DNA of 64,000 bases from Candidatus Ghiorseimicrobium undicola (GCA_002796125.1 PCWA01000035.1:457-64456); one strand, 5' to 3'; positions 27,679 to 36,456 are shown, numbered from the stretch's first letter. Notes: generated by a model not told the origin, from the sequence alone. Made by a program: numbers and translations.

Positions 27679-27735
27679 GTATAGAGTATTGGGTATTGAG
27701 TATAGAGTATCGAGTACGAGAATTAAAAATTAAAA
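27676..27735. repeat. 7-bp-periodic tandem repeats (gagtat-type, then attaaaa/gaatcaa-type) filling the spacer between cytochrome paralogues 2 and 3.
   Basis: gtaagta tagagta ttgggta ttgagta tagagta tcgagta cgag aattaaa aattaaa aATGaag aatcaag aatcaaa. Confidence 0.8.
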
Positions 27736-28914
27736 ATGAAGAATCAAGAATCAAAAACTGCAGGTTATTTGAAAATTCCCTTAGCCATTAGTTTAATAGT
27801 TCTGGCTTATAATTTAAGTTTCGCCGGGGTGTCCGGGACAGTCCATGACATGTATTCTTTAGGTAAGGGAACAGACCCGAACCCCTGCGGCTATTGCCAT
27901 ATGCCGCATAAGGCCGCAGGAGAGAAAATCTGGTCCGACTGGGGCAATGAGACGCAATTAACCAGCGGTCCATCAACCGCCATAGGTAATATGTGCTATA
28001 CCTGCCATGATGGGACAGTGACTAATGTGGGTTTATCGACAGCGTTTAACGCTTCCCGGCAGCAGCATAAAATACCTGCCGGGCAGGATTGCGATATGTG
28101 CCATAGCGTGCATGATAATACGAACGGAAAGTTTATGAATGTTGTAAAGAAACAGCAAACATATTGCGCCGCCTGCCATGATGCAATAGTTAATGCTGGG
28201 GGGCTTGGCGATATGACTTCAGCTGGAAATCATCCCAGTTATTGGGCGTCTACGCCCGCTCATAATATAAATGGTTCACCCACCGGCGCATTCTGTACGG
28301 CTTGTCATGAACGCGTGCATTATTCTCAATTTGACTGCAGGGGATGTAATTTTTGCCATAAAGCACATGACGGGACTAATTATTCAACCGCGCAAGTGCC
28401 TAATCCGATTTTAAAAGCCGACAATACTGATAGTCAGTATTGTGCCTCATGCCATCCATATAAGATTCAGGCATCAAGCGGTGGTGATAAACATCCGGCA
28501 AACCTTGCGGCAGCTGGCAACTGGGGAAAGGTTATTTGCCATGATTGCCACGATCCGCACCAGCCCGGTGTTACGAACCATCCTTTTATATTAACGGATA
28601 CTAATGTTGATTCGGCAATGTGTATTAATTGCCACGATAATACAGCCGGGCCTGAGATAGGAGTTTCGCATCCGCATCAGATTCCTTTTGGCAGTATAGT
28701 TCCGACTGATGGCTCTGCTGCGGCTGGTACGCCCGCTGCGAATGCAATAGATGATGACGGAGAAGACGGAGTTGATTATCCATTAAATTCAGCTAATCTT
28801 ATTTGTGAGACGTGTCATGGAACACACCGCAGAGTTGATGATGCGGGGACTAAACTACTTAGAATAACCAATACTAATTCGGCATTGTGCCTAAACTGCC
28901 ACACGGATAAATGA
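27736..28914 (+). CDS. Multiheme cytochrome c, paralogue 3 (11 CxxCH).
   Basis: Same family. The last ~80 nt are nearly identical to paralogue 2. The N-terminal MKNQESK is encoded by heptamer repeats. Confidence 0.8.
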   Translation: MKNQESKTAGYLKIPLAISLIVLAYNLSFAGVSGTVHDMYSLGKGTDPNPCGYCHMPHKAAGEKIWSDWGNETQLTSGPSTAIGNMCYTCHDGTVTNVGLSTAFNASRQQHKIPAGQDCDMCHSVHDNTNGKFMNVVKKQQTYCAACHDAIVNAGGLGDMTSAGNHPSYWASTPAHNINGSPTGAFCTACHERVHYSQFDCRGCNFCHKAHDGTNYSTAQVPNPILKADNTDSQYCASCHPYKIQASSGGDKHPANLAAAGNWGKVICHDCHDPHQPGVTNHPFILTDTNVDSAMCINCHDNTAGPEIGVSHPHQIPFGSIVPTDGSAAAGTPAANAIDDDGEDGVDYPLNSANLICETCHGTHRRVDDAGTKLLRITNTNSALCLNCHTDK

Positions 28915-30086
28915 TGAAATTAAAAATGAAAAATAAAAAATCTAAAACCGTGACTTATTTTAAAATTCCCTTAGCCGTCAGTTTATTTTTTTTGATTTAT
29001 GATTTAAGTTTTGCGGGGGTGTCTGGGACAGTCCATGATATGTACACACAGGGTAAAGGCACTAGCCAGGAGGTATGCGCTTATTGCCATATTCCTCATC
29101 AGGCCAAAGGTGATAAAATCTGGTCTGACTGGGCAAATGAGGCTCAACTCACCAGCGGCCCGTCAACAACCATAGGCAATATGTGCTATACCTGCCACGA
29201 CGGGACAGTGACCAATATAGGCTTATCAACGGTATTTAATGCTTCGCTGCAGCAGCACGTTATGCCTGCCGGCCAGGATTGCGATATGTGCCATTCTGTG
29301 CACGATAATACTAACGGTAAGTTTATGAATGTCGGCTTAACCGAGAACTATTATTGCGCCAGTTGCCATAATGCTGCGGTAAACGCTGGCGGGCTGGGTG
29401 ATTATACGAATTCAGGAAACCATTTTAATTATGGCGTATATGACGGCGCCCATCCCAAAAGGTTTGGCTCCGGCTGTTATAGCTGCCATTATGATCATAT
29501 GCAAAGCATCGTGAGTTTAGGCAGTTGTAAATTCTGCCATGAAGCTCATGCCGGAGCGAATTATTCTACGCCATCGGTATCTAAACCTATCTTGCGTATT
29601 GATAACACCGATAGCGCATTTTGTATATCTTGTCATCCTGCGATGCAGCAGGCGACGACAGGCGGCAATAAGCATCCCGCTAATTTGACTGCCGGAGGAA
29701 ATTGGGGCATAGTGGATTGCCATGACTGCCATGATGTACATCAGCCGAATAATCCTAATAATCCTTTTATATTACGTAACCAAAATACCGATTCCGGATA
29801 CTGCGCATATTGTCACGAGGCGATTAATGAAACCTATGGGCCTAAAATCGGTAATGGGCATCCGGTAAATATTGCTTTCGGAGCCTATCCTCCGATTGAT
29901 GCGTCTTTGACGCCTGCGGGCAATGCTATAGATGATGACGCATATTACGGGATAGATTATCCGGCAAATTCATCCGATATGATATGCGAAACATGCCATT
30001 CGGTGCATCGAAAGGGCGTGGCAAGCCCTCTATTGCGCATGAGCATTACGGATAGCTCGTTATGCCTTAACTGTCATCAGATGTAA
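28911..30086 (+). CDS. Multiheme cytochrome c, paralogue 4 (11 CxxCH).
   Basis: Same family. Its start overlaps the stop of paralogue 3. A 56-nt stretch is identical to paralogue 2 (gataaaatctggtctgactgggcaaatgaggctcaactcaccagcggcccgtcaac). Confidence 0.8.
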   Translation: MMKLKMKNKKSKTVTYFKIPLAVSLFFLIYDLSFAGVSGTVHDMYTQGKGTSQEVCAYCHIPHQAKGDKIWSDWANEAQLTSGPSTTIGNMCYTCHDGTVTNIGLSTVFNASLQQHVMPAGQDCDMCHSVHDNTNGKFMNVGLTENYYCASCHNAAVNAGGLGDYTNSGNHFNYGVYDGAHPKRFGSGCYSCHYDHMQSIVSLGSCKFCHEAHAGANYSTPSVSKPILRIDNTDSAFCISCHPAMQQATTGGNKHPANLTAGGNWGIVDCHDCHDVHQPNNPNNPFILRNQNTDSGYCAYCHEAINETYGPKIGNGHPVNIAFGAYPPIDASLTPAGNAIDDDAYYGIDYPANSSDMICETCHSVHRKGVASPLLRMSITDSSLCLNCHQM

Positions 30087-30132
30087 TGCGGTTGTTGGCA
30101 GTGAGTTATGAATTAGGCGAGATAAAAGAAAA

Positions 30133-31572
30133 ATGAAAAGCATAAAAACTTTATTACCTATATTTGTTTTTATTGTCTGTCTTTTTGCTGCCAGCCATGT
30201 TTTTGCTTCACACGGCCAGGGACAAAAATGTTATATGTGCCATCATGCTATGCATAATAATAATTCTCATGTAGTTATAGACCGCAAGGCTGTTGACAAT
30301 GGGCAGATAGCTTGTTATGATTGCCATTCTTCGGCCAGCGCAGTGGCAGCCCCGGACACGGAAAAAGAATTTATAAGCGGCTATTCCCGTCATCCTTTAG
30401 GAAGCGATAGCGAGTGCGTTGTCTGTCATGATTTGGGCAGCAGCCATATAGACGGTAATCTTGATAGTTGGCCGGACATAACCTTGAAAGATCCAGACTC
30501 GGCGGATTCCCATGTGTACACCGGAGTTAAAATTAATGATTTTTGCCTTTCCTGCCATGATAACAGCCCGGTTACTTTAGGCGGGGCGGCGAATGTGCCT
30601 GTAGATTTATCCAGCGCTTATGAATTTACCGGCCACGGTAAAATAAGCATAGATGAGCCTTGTAATTCCTGCCATGAACATCATGCGTCCATGACTAAAC
30701 CCTACTTGATTAAAGATGTAATTAACAGCGCCAATGTTACGGGAAACGATAATAGCGTATGTTTTGCCTGCCATAGTTATTCAGAAGGAATTTATCCCGG
30801 AAAGAATGTTTATTTATCTTCCGAGCACGGCATCCAAAACAAACTTTGCATAGACTGCCACAATCCGCATGGGGACAATAAGGATTTATGTTATTTATGC
30901 CACAACGCGAATTACTCGGCGCATTACAGCACGCAGCGCGATAAGCTTTGCATAGACTGCCATAATCCGCACGAAAAGAACGACTTAAAGATGAACAGGG
31001 AAGACGAGGAAAAGCTTTGTTTTATTTGTCACTCCGGACTGGAAAATGAATTTGGGAATATCCGAGACGGCGTCGGAGGGGCATTTTCTCATCATAAAGT
31101 TGACGATGAAGAATTCGCAGGCGGCAGGGTAGAATGTTTTGACTGCCATAATCCGCATGTAGTTACAAAGCTGAATATCATTAGCGACCCGGAAGATCCT
31201 CTGCTCATGCCCAGGCCTTTTTCAAGCGCGTCATACCGCCAGAGAACGGCAGTTTATGATGATTTTTGCCTTTCCTGCCACGATGGTTCACGCATGGGCG
31301 CAAAGGACATAGCTTCAGAATTAAGCGATGAAAATTATCTGGATAGCGGTTTTACCGAAGACGGCAGCAAGAACCTGCATGCAGAGCACAAGGATAAAAA
31401 TTTTGGATGCCAAAACTGTCATGATGCGCATTCCAGCGACGGAACCGGAGGCATGCAGCGGGGGGCTCTTTTACATGAGGAAATAACAGTAAATGATTGG
31501 GATCCATCCGGCGGATATAATAACGGTAAAAATTCATGCGATACTTCAGCTTTAGGTATGAGCTGTCATTAA
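30133..31572 (+). CDS. Periplasmic multiheme cytochrome c (about 13 CxxCH).
   Basis: Signal peptide and 13 CxxCH motifs in 479 aa. Directly upstream of the outer-membrane beta-barrel gene. Confidence 0.8.
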   Translation: MKSIKTLLPIFVFIVCLFAASHVFASHGQGQKCYMCHHAMHNNNSHVVIDRKAVDNGQIACYDCHSSASAVAAPDTEKEFISGYSRHPLGSDSECVVCHDLGSSHIDGNLDSWPDITLKDPDSADSHVYTGVKINDFCLSCHDNSPVTLGGAANVPVDLSSAYEFTGHGKISIDEPCNSCHEHHASMTKPYLIKDVINSANVTGNDNSVCFACHSYSEGIYPGKNVYLSSEHGIQNKLCIDCHNPHGDNKDLCYLCHNANYSAHYSTQRDKLCIDCHNPHEKNDLKMNREDEEKLCFICHSGLENEFGNIRDGVGGAFSHHKVDDEEFAGGRVECFDCHNPHVVTKLNIISDPEDPLLMPRPFSSASYRQRTAVYDDFCLSCHDGSRMGAKDIASELSDENYLDSGFTEDGSKNLHAEHKDKNFGCQNCHDAHSSDGTGGMQRGALLHEEITVNDWDPSGGYNNGKNSCDTSALGMSCH

Positions 31573-31611
31573 TGTTTAGAATATATAATGCAGAATGTAG
31601 AATGTAAAATT
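31570..31611. repeat. 7-bp-periodic tandem repeat (tagaatg-type) spanning the stop of the 13-heme cytochrome and the start of the beta-barrel gene.
   Basis: taatgtt tagaata tataatg cagaatg tagaatg taaaatt. Confidence 0.8.
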
Positions 31612-33387
31612 AACGAGGTAGAAGGGATATTACTATTTTTAGGGGTGTTTTTATGCGCTTTTTTATTTCTTTGCAAAAGTTCTTATGCGAATCCGGCAGA
31701 GAATTTAAATATTAATGCCGAATCCGAATATAAATTCAGTGATTTTGAGCGCGATCCGGAACCAGCCTTGTCATCAACCGGAGCGAATCTTTCCCAGGAG
31801 TATAAGTTTTATTTAGAAGGAGGGGTATTAAAAGACGGGTTGCTTGATGCCGAATTAGGAGTGTCCACGCAGGATAAATACAGGCAAAATGATGCGGATT
31901 TTGAAGATAAGGTGCGTTTTGATTACGGCAGGATTCTACGCATAGAAACAGAGACAACTAGAGAAACCGATGAAGAGATATTCTTTTCAGCCACTACTGA
32001 GCCGCAATCCCCGATATATACAATACGTAAAAAGTATGACGGCCGGCTTGCTCTGGACAGCGTATCAGAATTTGAGTATATTTTAGATCAAAACGAGAGG
32101 AATGATTTGCTTCTTGGCACTGTTACCGGAGAAAAAACCAAAACGCAAATTTTGCGTTTTCGTTCTGATAGGGGGCCTTTGAGTTTTGAAAGCGAATACC
32201 GAAAATCTGACTTTGATGACCTTTTGGGCGTACGCAGCGACATCAGTTCCACGGATTTGAATTTTAATCTTTCTTATCGTCCGGTAAAGTATTTTGGTAT
32301 TTCCGGTTTTTTTGAAGAGAGCAAGGATGAGGATTTAGATAGAAGTACGGAGTTAAATTCCCGTAACTCGCGCCTTGAACTTGAGTTAAAGCCCTTAAAT
32401 GAATTAAAATTGCGTAATCGTTTTAATATCCGGGAAGACGAAGATACAAATACCGGCGAAGACATAACCAATACCTCTGATGAGGTTATACTTAATTTTA
32501 TTCCTGTAAAACAGGTTGACTTACAGCTTAACTATAAAAAAGAGGACGAAGATAAAAACAGAGATTCTTCCTCCATTGTTTCCGAGATTGACGAAAAAAA
32601 AGTCCGCCTAAGAATTAAGCCGGTAAGCGAGCTTGACCTGCAATCGGGATATGAAGTGTCGGATAAGTCAAGTAGTTCAGCGGCTGAAAATATCAAAAAT
32701 ACAAAAGTTTATGCCGATATCGCGTTTGAGCCGTTAACAAGTATCCGGCTAAGCACGAATTACACGAATACAACACAAAAAAATACCTTTACTTCTTTGA
32801 CGGAATCTGATACAAAATCTATATTGGCATCCCTTCAGTATAGGGGAGGCGAAAAGCTGTCTTTCTATTTTCAGGCGGATACAAGTAAAACCGATAATCC
32901 TTCAACGGGGGCGTTTACAAAGACAGATACCCTAAGTTCAAATTTAAATATCGATCTTTTTTCATTTCTTGATGTAGTTGCCCGTAGCAGCCTGCAGGAA
33001 ACCAGCGGATCTTCCGCTTCTGCTTTGGCAAAACGGCTGCTTAGCTCGATAGAATTCAATGCTCGGATTTTTGATAACCTGAAGCTTTCTACTGAGTATG
33101 AATTTATTGATTCAAGCGGAGCGTCTGCTTCAAATGAAGATTTATTTGATGTAGCGGTATTTTACAATATTGGAAAATTTGATTTTTCCTTGCGCCTCCA
33201 GAAGCGGGATGTAGCAGGAGTTAATGCCTTAGATAAAACAACGGTGTTGAGTAATATTAAATACAGATTTACAAAAAACGCGGTATTGAGTTTCAGGTTT
33301 TCCTTAATAGATTTCAGCGATAAAGAGATGGCGGCGAATAGCTATGACTCCACCACGCTGGAGAGTATTTTATCCATGAGGTTCTGA
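31588..33387 (+). CDS. Outer-membrane beta-barrel protein (putative porin component of a porin-cytochrome conduit).
   Basis: Signal peptide, 599 aa of alternating amphipathic S/T/D/N/Y-rich segments, and a C-terminal ...ILSMRF ending in Phe (OMP signature). Flanked by multiheme cytochromes. Confidence 0.6.
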   Translation: MQNVECKINEVEGILLFLGVFLCAFLFLCKSSYANPAENLNINAESEYKFSDFERDPEPALSSTGANLSQEYKFYLEGGVLKDGLLDAELGVSTQDKYRQNDADFEDKVRFDYGRILRIETETTRETDEEIFFSATTEPQSPIYTIRKKYDGRLALDSVSEFEYILDQNERNDLLLGTVTGEKTKTQILRFRSDRGPLSFESEYRKSDFDDLLGVRSDISSTDLNFNLSYRPVKYFGISGFFEESKDEDLDRSTELNSRNSRLELELKPLNELKLRNRFNIREDEDTNTGEDITNTSDEVILNFIPVKQVDLQLNYKKEDEDKNRDSSSIVSEIDEKKVRLRIKPVSELDLQSGYEVSDKSSSSAAENIKNTKVYADIAFEPLTSIRLSTNYTNTTQKNTFTSLTESDTKSILASLQYRGGEKLSFYFQADTSKTDNPSTGAFTKTDTLSSNLNIDLFSFLDVVARSSLQETSGSSASALAKRLLSSIEFNARIFDNLKLSTEYEFIDSSGASASNEDLFDVAVFYNIGKFDFSLRLQKRDVAGVNALDKTTVLSNIKYRFTKNAVLSFRFSLIDFSDKEMAANSYDSTTLESILSMRF

Positions 33388-34331
33388 TGGAATATCAAAT
33401 ACCGAATATTGAAAATCAAAAATACAGATCTATTATTTTTTTGATTTTTATATTTGTTTCTTTGCAGCTTGCGTTTTTTATAGATAAAAATACTGCCTTT
33501 GCCGAAGGGCTAAAGAATCTTAATGATGACTGCCGCGGCTGTCATCAAATAGAAGTTGAAAGTTTTGATTTAACTTTACACTCAGCGGAGATTGATTGTG
33601 CTGCCTGCCATGGTGATGTTAAAAAACATTTAAGCGAAAGCGATAAAAAAGGCAATATAATTAATCCCGCTAATTACGCGTTAAAAAAGGCAAATGCCGT
33701 ATGCCTGCTTTGTCATACGGAAAAAGAAAGAGATGTCCGCGATAAATTCAGGGCGGTTGCTAATCTGCATGATGATATAGCGTGTTTTAGGTGCCATGTT
33801 GTTCATTTGACTGCTGTAGATGCTCCGGTAAGCGATATTGACGGTTTTAGAGATGATTTATCTATAGATTGCGCCTTCTGCCATGATGACCAGGGCCGGA
33901 TTTTTAGCGAGTCGGAGCATGCCTCTTCAGGCCTGATATGTTCCGATTGCCATCTGCTGCATAAGATAAGTACCATAAGCCAGGATATTGAAGAGCAGAT
34001 TGAAAAATGCCTTTCATGCCATCCTCAGCAGCAGCTGGAATTTAAATACCCCTATCCGCATCCATTAAGAGAGCGGCAAATTAAATGTTCGGATTGCCAT
34101 AATCCGCACGGTTGGCAATTTGATAAAATGCTAAAAAAAGACGGCGATAGGGTTTGCGCGGATTGCCATGCCGACGTGGCCATAGAAGGAGGCAGGCATC
34201 CCGCGGGTAAAAACGCGGACCATCCGTTCGGCACTGTAGCGTGTATGGATTGCCACAGGCCGCACGGCTCAATTTTTGATAAAATTTTAATACATAATAT
34301 TGATAGTATTTGCCAAACCTGCCATAATTAG
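33387..34331 (+). CDS. Multiheme cytochrome c (about 11 CxxCH).
   Basis: Signal peptide and 11 CxxCH in 314 aa. Translationally coupled to the beta-barrel gene (start overlaps its stop). Confidence 0.8.
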   Translation: MEYQIPNIENQKYRSIIFLIFIFVSLQLAFFIDKNTAFAEGLKNLNDDCRGCHQIEVESFDLTLHSAEIDCAACHGDVKKHLSESDKKGNIINPANYALKKANAVCLLCHTEKERDVRDKFRAVANLHDDIACFRCHVVHLTAVDAPVSDIDGFRDDLSIDCAFCHDDQGRIFSESEHASSGLICSDCHLLHKISTISQDIEEQIEKCLSCHPQQQLEFKYPYPHPLRERQIKCSDCHNPHGWQFDKMLKKDGDRVCADCHADVAIEGGRHPAGKNADHPFGTVACMDCHRPHGSIFDKILIHNIDSICQTCHN

Positions 34332-34385
34332 GAATACGGATTATGGCGGATAATATATACGGATGCATACGGATTAAATATGGGA
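34332..34385. repeat. 7-bp-periodic tandem repeat (atacgga-type) between the 11-heme cytochrome and the lipoprotein gene.
   Basis: gaatacg gattatg gcggata atatata cggatgc atacgga ttaaata. Confidence 0.75.
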
Positions 34386-34392
34386 GGATTGA

Positions 34393-35250
34393 ATGTATAA
34401 GAACATGAAATGCAAAATATTACTGGTTACGAGTTACTGGCTGCTGGTTACTTTCTTTATTGGCTGCGCGAGCGGGCCATCAAGTTATTGGCGGCCTAAG
34501 CATTTCTCGCGCTCTAAGTACATAAAGGTTGCCATAGTGCCTTTTACAAATCTCAGTAAAGAAAAGGAAGCTGATCAAAGGATAGCCTATTCATTGATAA
34601 CGCATCTTCTCAATACGCATTATTTTAATGTTGTTGAAATGGGGGAAGTGCAAAGGGCTTTGAAGGAAGCCAAGGTGCGCAAGGATGAGGGCCTCTCGGT
34701 AGAGGAAATTAAAAAAATCGGCCGGCTGATTGATGTAGAAGCCTTGCTTATGGGCGCGGTAGAAGAGTATAAGATTGATTCCAGCACTTTACTTGGAGAA
34801 AAAGTATTTGTGCCGGAAGTGTCGATTAACGCGAGGTTAGTCTCTACTGAAGACGCCGAGATAATCTGGGCCGCGAATCACCATCGCAGAGGGGATGACA
34901 GGGTAACTGTGTTTGGGATGGGCAGAATTGACTCTATCAGCGAATTGACAGATGTTATTATAAAGAACATTGTTAATTCTTTGCTTAAAGTGGCAAAAAG
35001 CAAGAGGAGCGCGCTTACCGGGTTAAAACGAAGCGTTATTTTGGAGGATGTCCCAGACGAGGAATTAGAAAATACCGTTTTGGATATTAAGCCTGCCTTA
35101 CGCGAAGATGTCATGGATAAGGCAATGGAAAGCGTAAAAACGGCGTCAAAAGATTCCTCAAGCGCGATAGCGCCTAAAACAGAAGATTCAAAGGCAAAAA
35201 TAAAAAGCGATTACAAAAGAGAGTATGAGCGTGTAAAAAAACAATTTTAA
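34393..35250 (+). CDS. Lipoprotein (lipobox FIGC), unknown function.
   Basis: N-terminal LLVTFFIGCASG signal plus lipobox. Part of the cytochrome/porin cluster. Confidence 0.5.
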   Translation: MYKNMKCKILLVTSYWLLVTFFIGCASGPSSYWRPKHFSRSKYIKVAIVPFTNLSKEKEADQRIAYSLITHLLNTHYFNVVEMGEVQRALKEAKVRKDEGLSVEEIKKIGRLIDVEALLMGAVEEYKIDSSTLLGEKVFVPEVSINARLVSTEDAEIIWAANHHRRGDDRVTVFGMGRIDSISELTDVIIKNIVNSLLKVAKSKRSALTGLKRSVILEDVPDEELENTVLDIKPALREDVMDKAMESVKTASKDSSSAIAPKTEDSKAKIKSDYKREYERVKKQF

Positions 35251-35259
35251 TATATAATC

Positions 35260-35694
35260 ATGACAAGATTTTCCGGGAAAATAATTATATTTTGTTTGAT
35301 ATCGCTTGTAGCGGTTATTTCCTATAGCATTAGCCAGGAAATTTTAAATTCCGGAGAGGACTGCATTAAATGCCATGATCCGGCACTTGGCCCGCAAAGA
35401 AATTTTGTCCATCCGTTAATAAGAGAACATAAGTGCCGTGCTTGTCATATTGATTACGACGCCGAAGAACATATAGAAGGCGATAAGCCCCAAATAGATG
35501 TATGCGCAGGGTGCCATCCGGAGGAAAACCTCGGGCGTTCTCATCCTATTGGCAGCGGGATTACTGACCCTAATACCAATGATACGATGACCTGTGTTTC
35601 CACATGCCATAGGATGCACGGTACGGATTTTAAGCAGCTTGTCCCTTTTAAAAATAATATGGAGCTATGTTTAAGTTGCCATGAAGACTTTTAA
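35260..35694 (+). CDS. Small multiheme cytochrome c (4 CxxCH plus 1 CX3CH).
   Basis: Signal anchor plus CIKCH, CRACH, CAGCH, CLSCH and CVSTCH. Confidence 0.7.
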   Translation: MTRFSGKIIIFCLISLVAVISYSISQEILNSGEDCIKCHDPALGPQRNFVHPLIREHKCRACHIDYDAEEHIEGDKPQIDVCAGCHPEENLGRSHPIGSGITDPNTNDTMTCVSTCHRMHGTDFKQLVPFKNNMELCLSCHEDF

Positions 35695-35721
35695 AATAAG
35701 AGTAGGTAGTATTGATTATCA

Positions 35722-36321
35722 TTGCTTTGGAAGGGAGATAAGATGGAAAATAAGAGCTTTAAGAGAAGAAACTATTTTTTAAAAGATAGCCCCCAGCCTG
35801 GATTAATCGTAAAGACATACCTGATCCTGTTTATTATTATGCTTGTTTCAGGGGTGGTATTTTACTTTATCGGAAACAAAAATTTGTCCCGGGAATTTTT
35901 TCAGGCGCATTCGGTAATAAAGACAACCATGCATCTTCTCCTGCCGTCGCTGATTTTAATTAACCTGATTGCCATCCTAGGCTCGGCTTTTATGGTAATA
36001 AATTTTACGCATTCCGTGGCAGGCCCGATATACCGCTTAAAACACATATCCGAAAAAGTGGCGAATGGCGATTTGACTTTAAAAGTACATTTTCGCAAAA
36101 AAGATACAATCCATCAGCTGGCAGAAATAATAAACCATATTATCAAAGGGCTGCATTTACGCCTCAAAGAGTTTGACGGTTCATTAGCGAAACTGCGCGA
36201 TTTGTCGGAACAGATAAATAATCTGGATAAGCTTTCCTATGATGAATTGGCGCATTTAAAGAAGAAGCTTTTAGCGGTTAGCTTGGAGTTTGAGAAAGAA
36301 ATAGAAAAATTTAAGCTCTAG
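35722..36321 (+). CDS. Membrane protein with a HAMP-like domain and C-terminal coiled coil.
   Basis: Two TMs followed by ISEKVANGDLTLKVHFRKKDTIHQLAEIINHIIKGL (HAMP-like). Confidence 0.4.
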   Translation: MLWKGDKMENKSFKRRNYFLKDSPQPGLIVKTYLILFIIMLVSGVVFYFIGNKNLSREFFQAHSVIKTTMHLLLPSLILINLIAILGSAFMVINFTHSVAGPIYRLKHISEKVANGDLTLKVHFRKKDTIHQLAEIINHIIKGLHLRLKEFDGSLAKLRDLSEQINNLDKLSYDELAHLKKKLLAVSLEFEKEIEKFKL

Positions 36322-36366
36322 GCCTTTGGCGAAGAATCCTGTCATTAAACCTTCCTAATTTACCTT

Positions 36367-36394
36367 TTGCGCTAACTTTATTTCGTGGTATAAT
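36367..36394 (+). promoter_or_regulatory. Promoter candidate with an extended -10 element.
   Basis: TTGCGC at 36367-36372, a 16-nt spacer, TGgTATAAT with TATAAT at 36389-36394. Confidence 0.45.
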
Positions 36395-36456
36395 CAAAAT
36401 TGTTAATCGGCTGTTTTTTTATCTTGCGCGCGCGCAGGATTTATTATGGAGGATAT

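Noticed and set aside
27676-27735. Possibility that heptamer arrays are CRISPR-like or satellite tandem repeats of a mobile element.
   Set aside because: Period is 7 bp with degenerate units and no spacers. No transposase or integrase anywhere in the window. Treated as microsatellite-like junction repeats instead.
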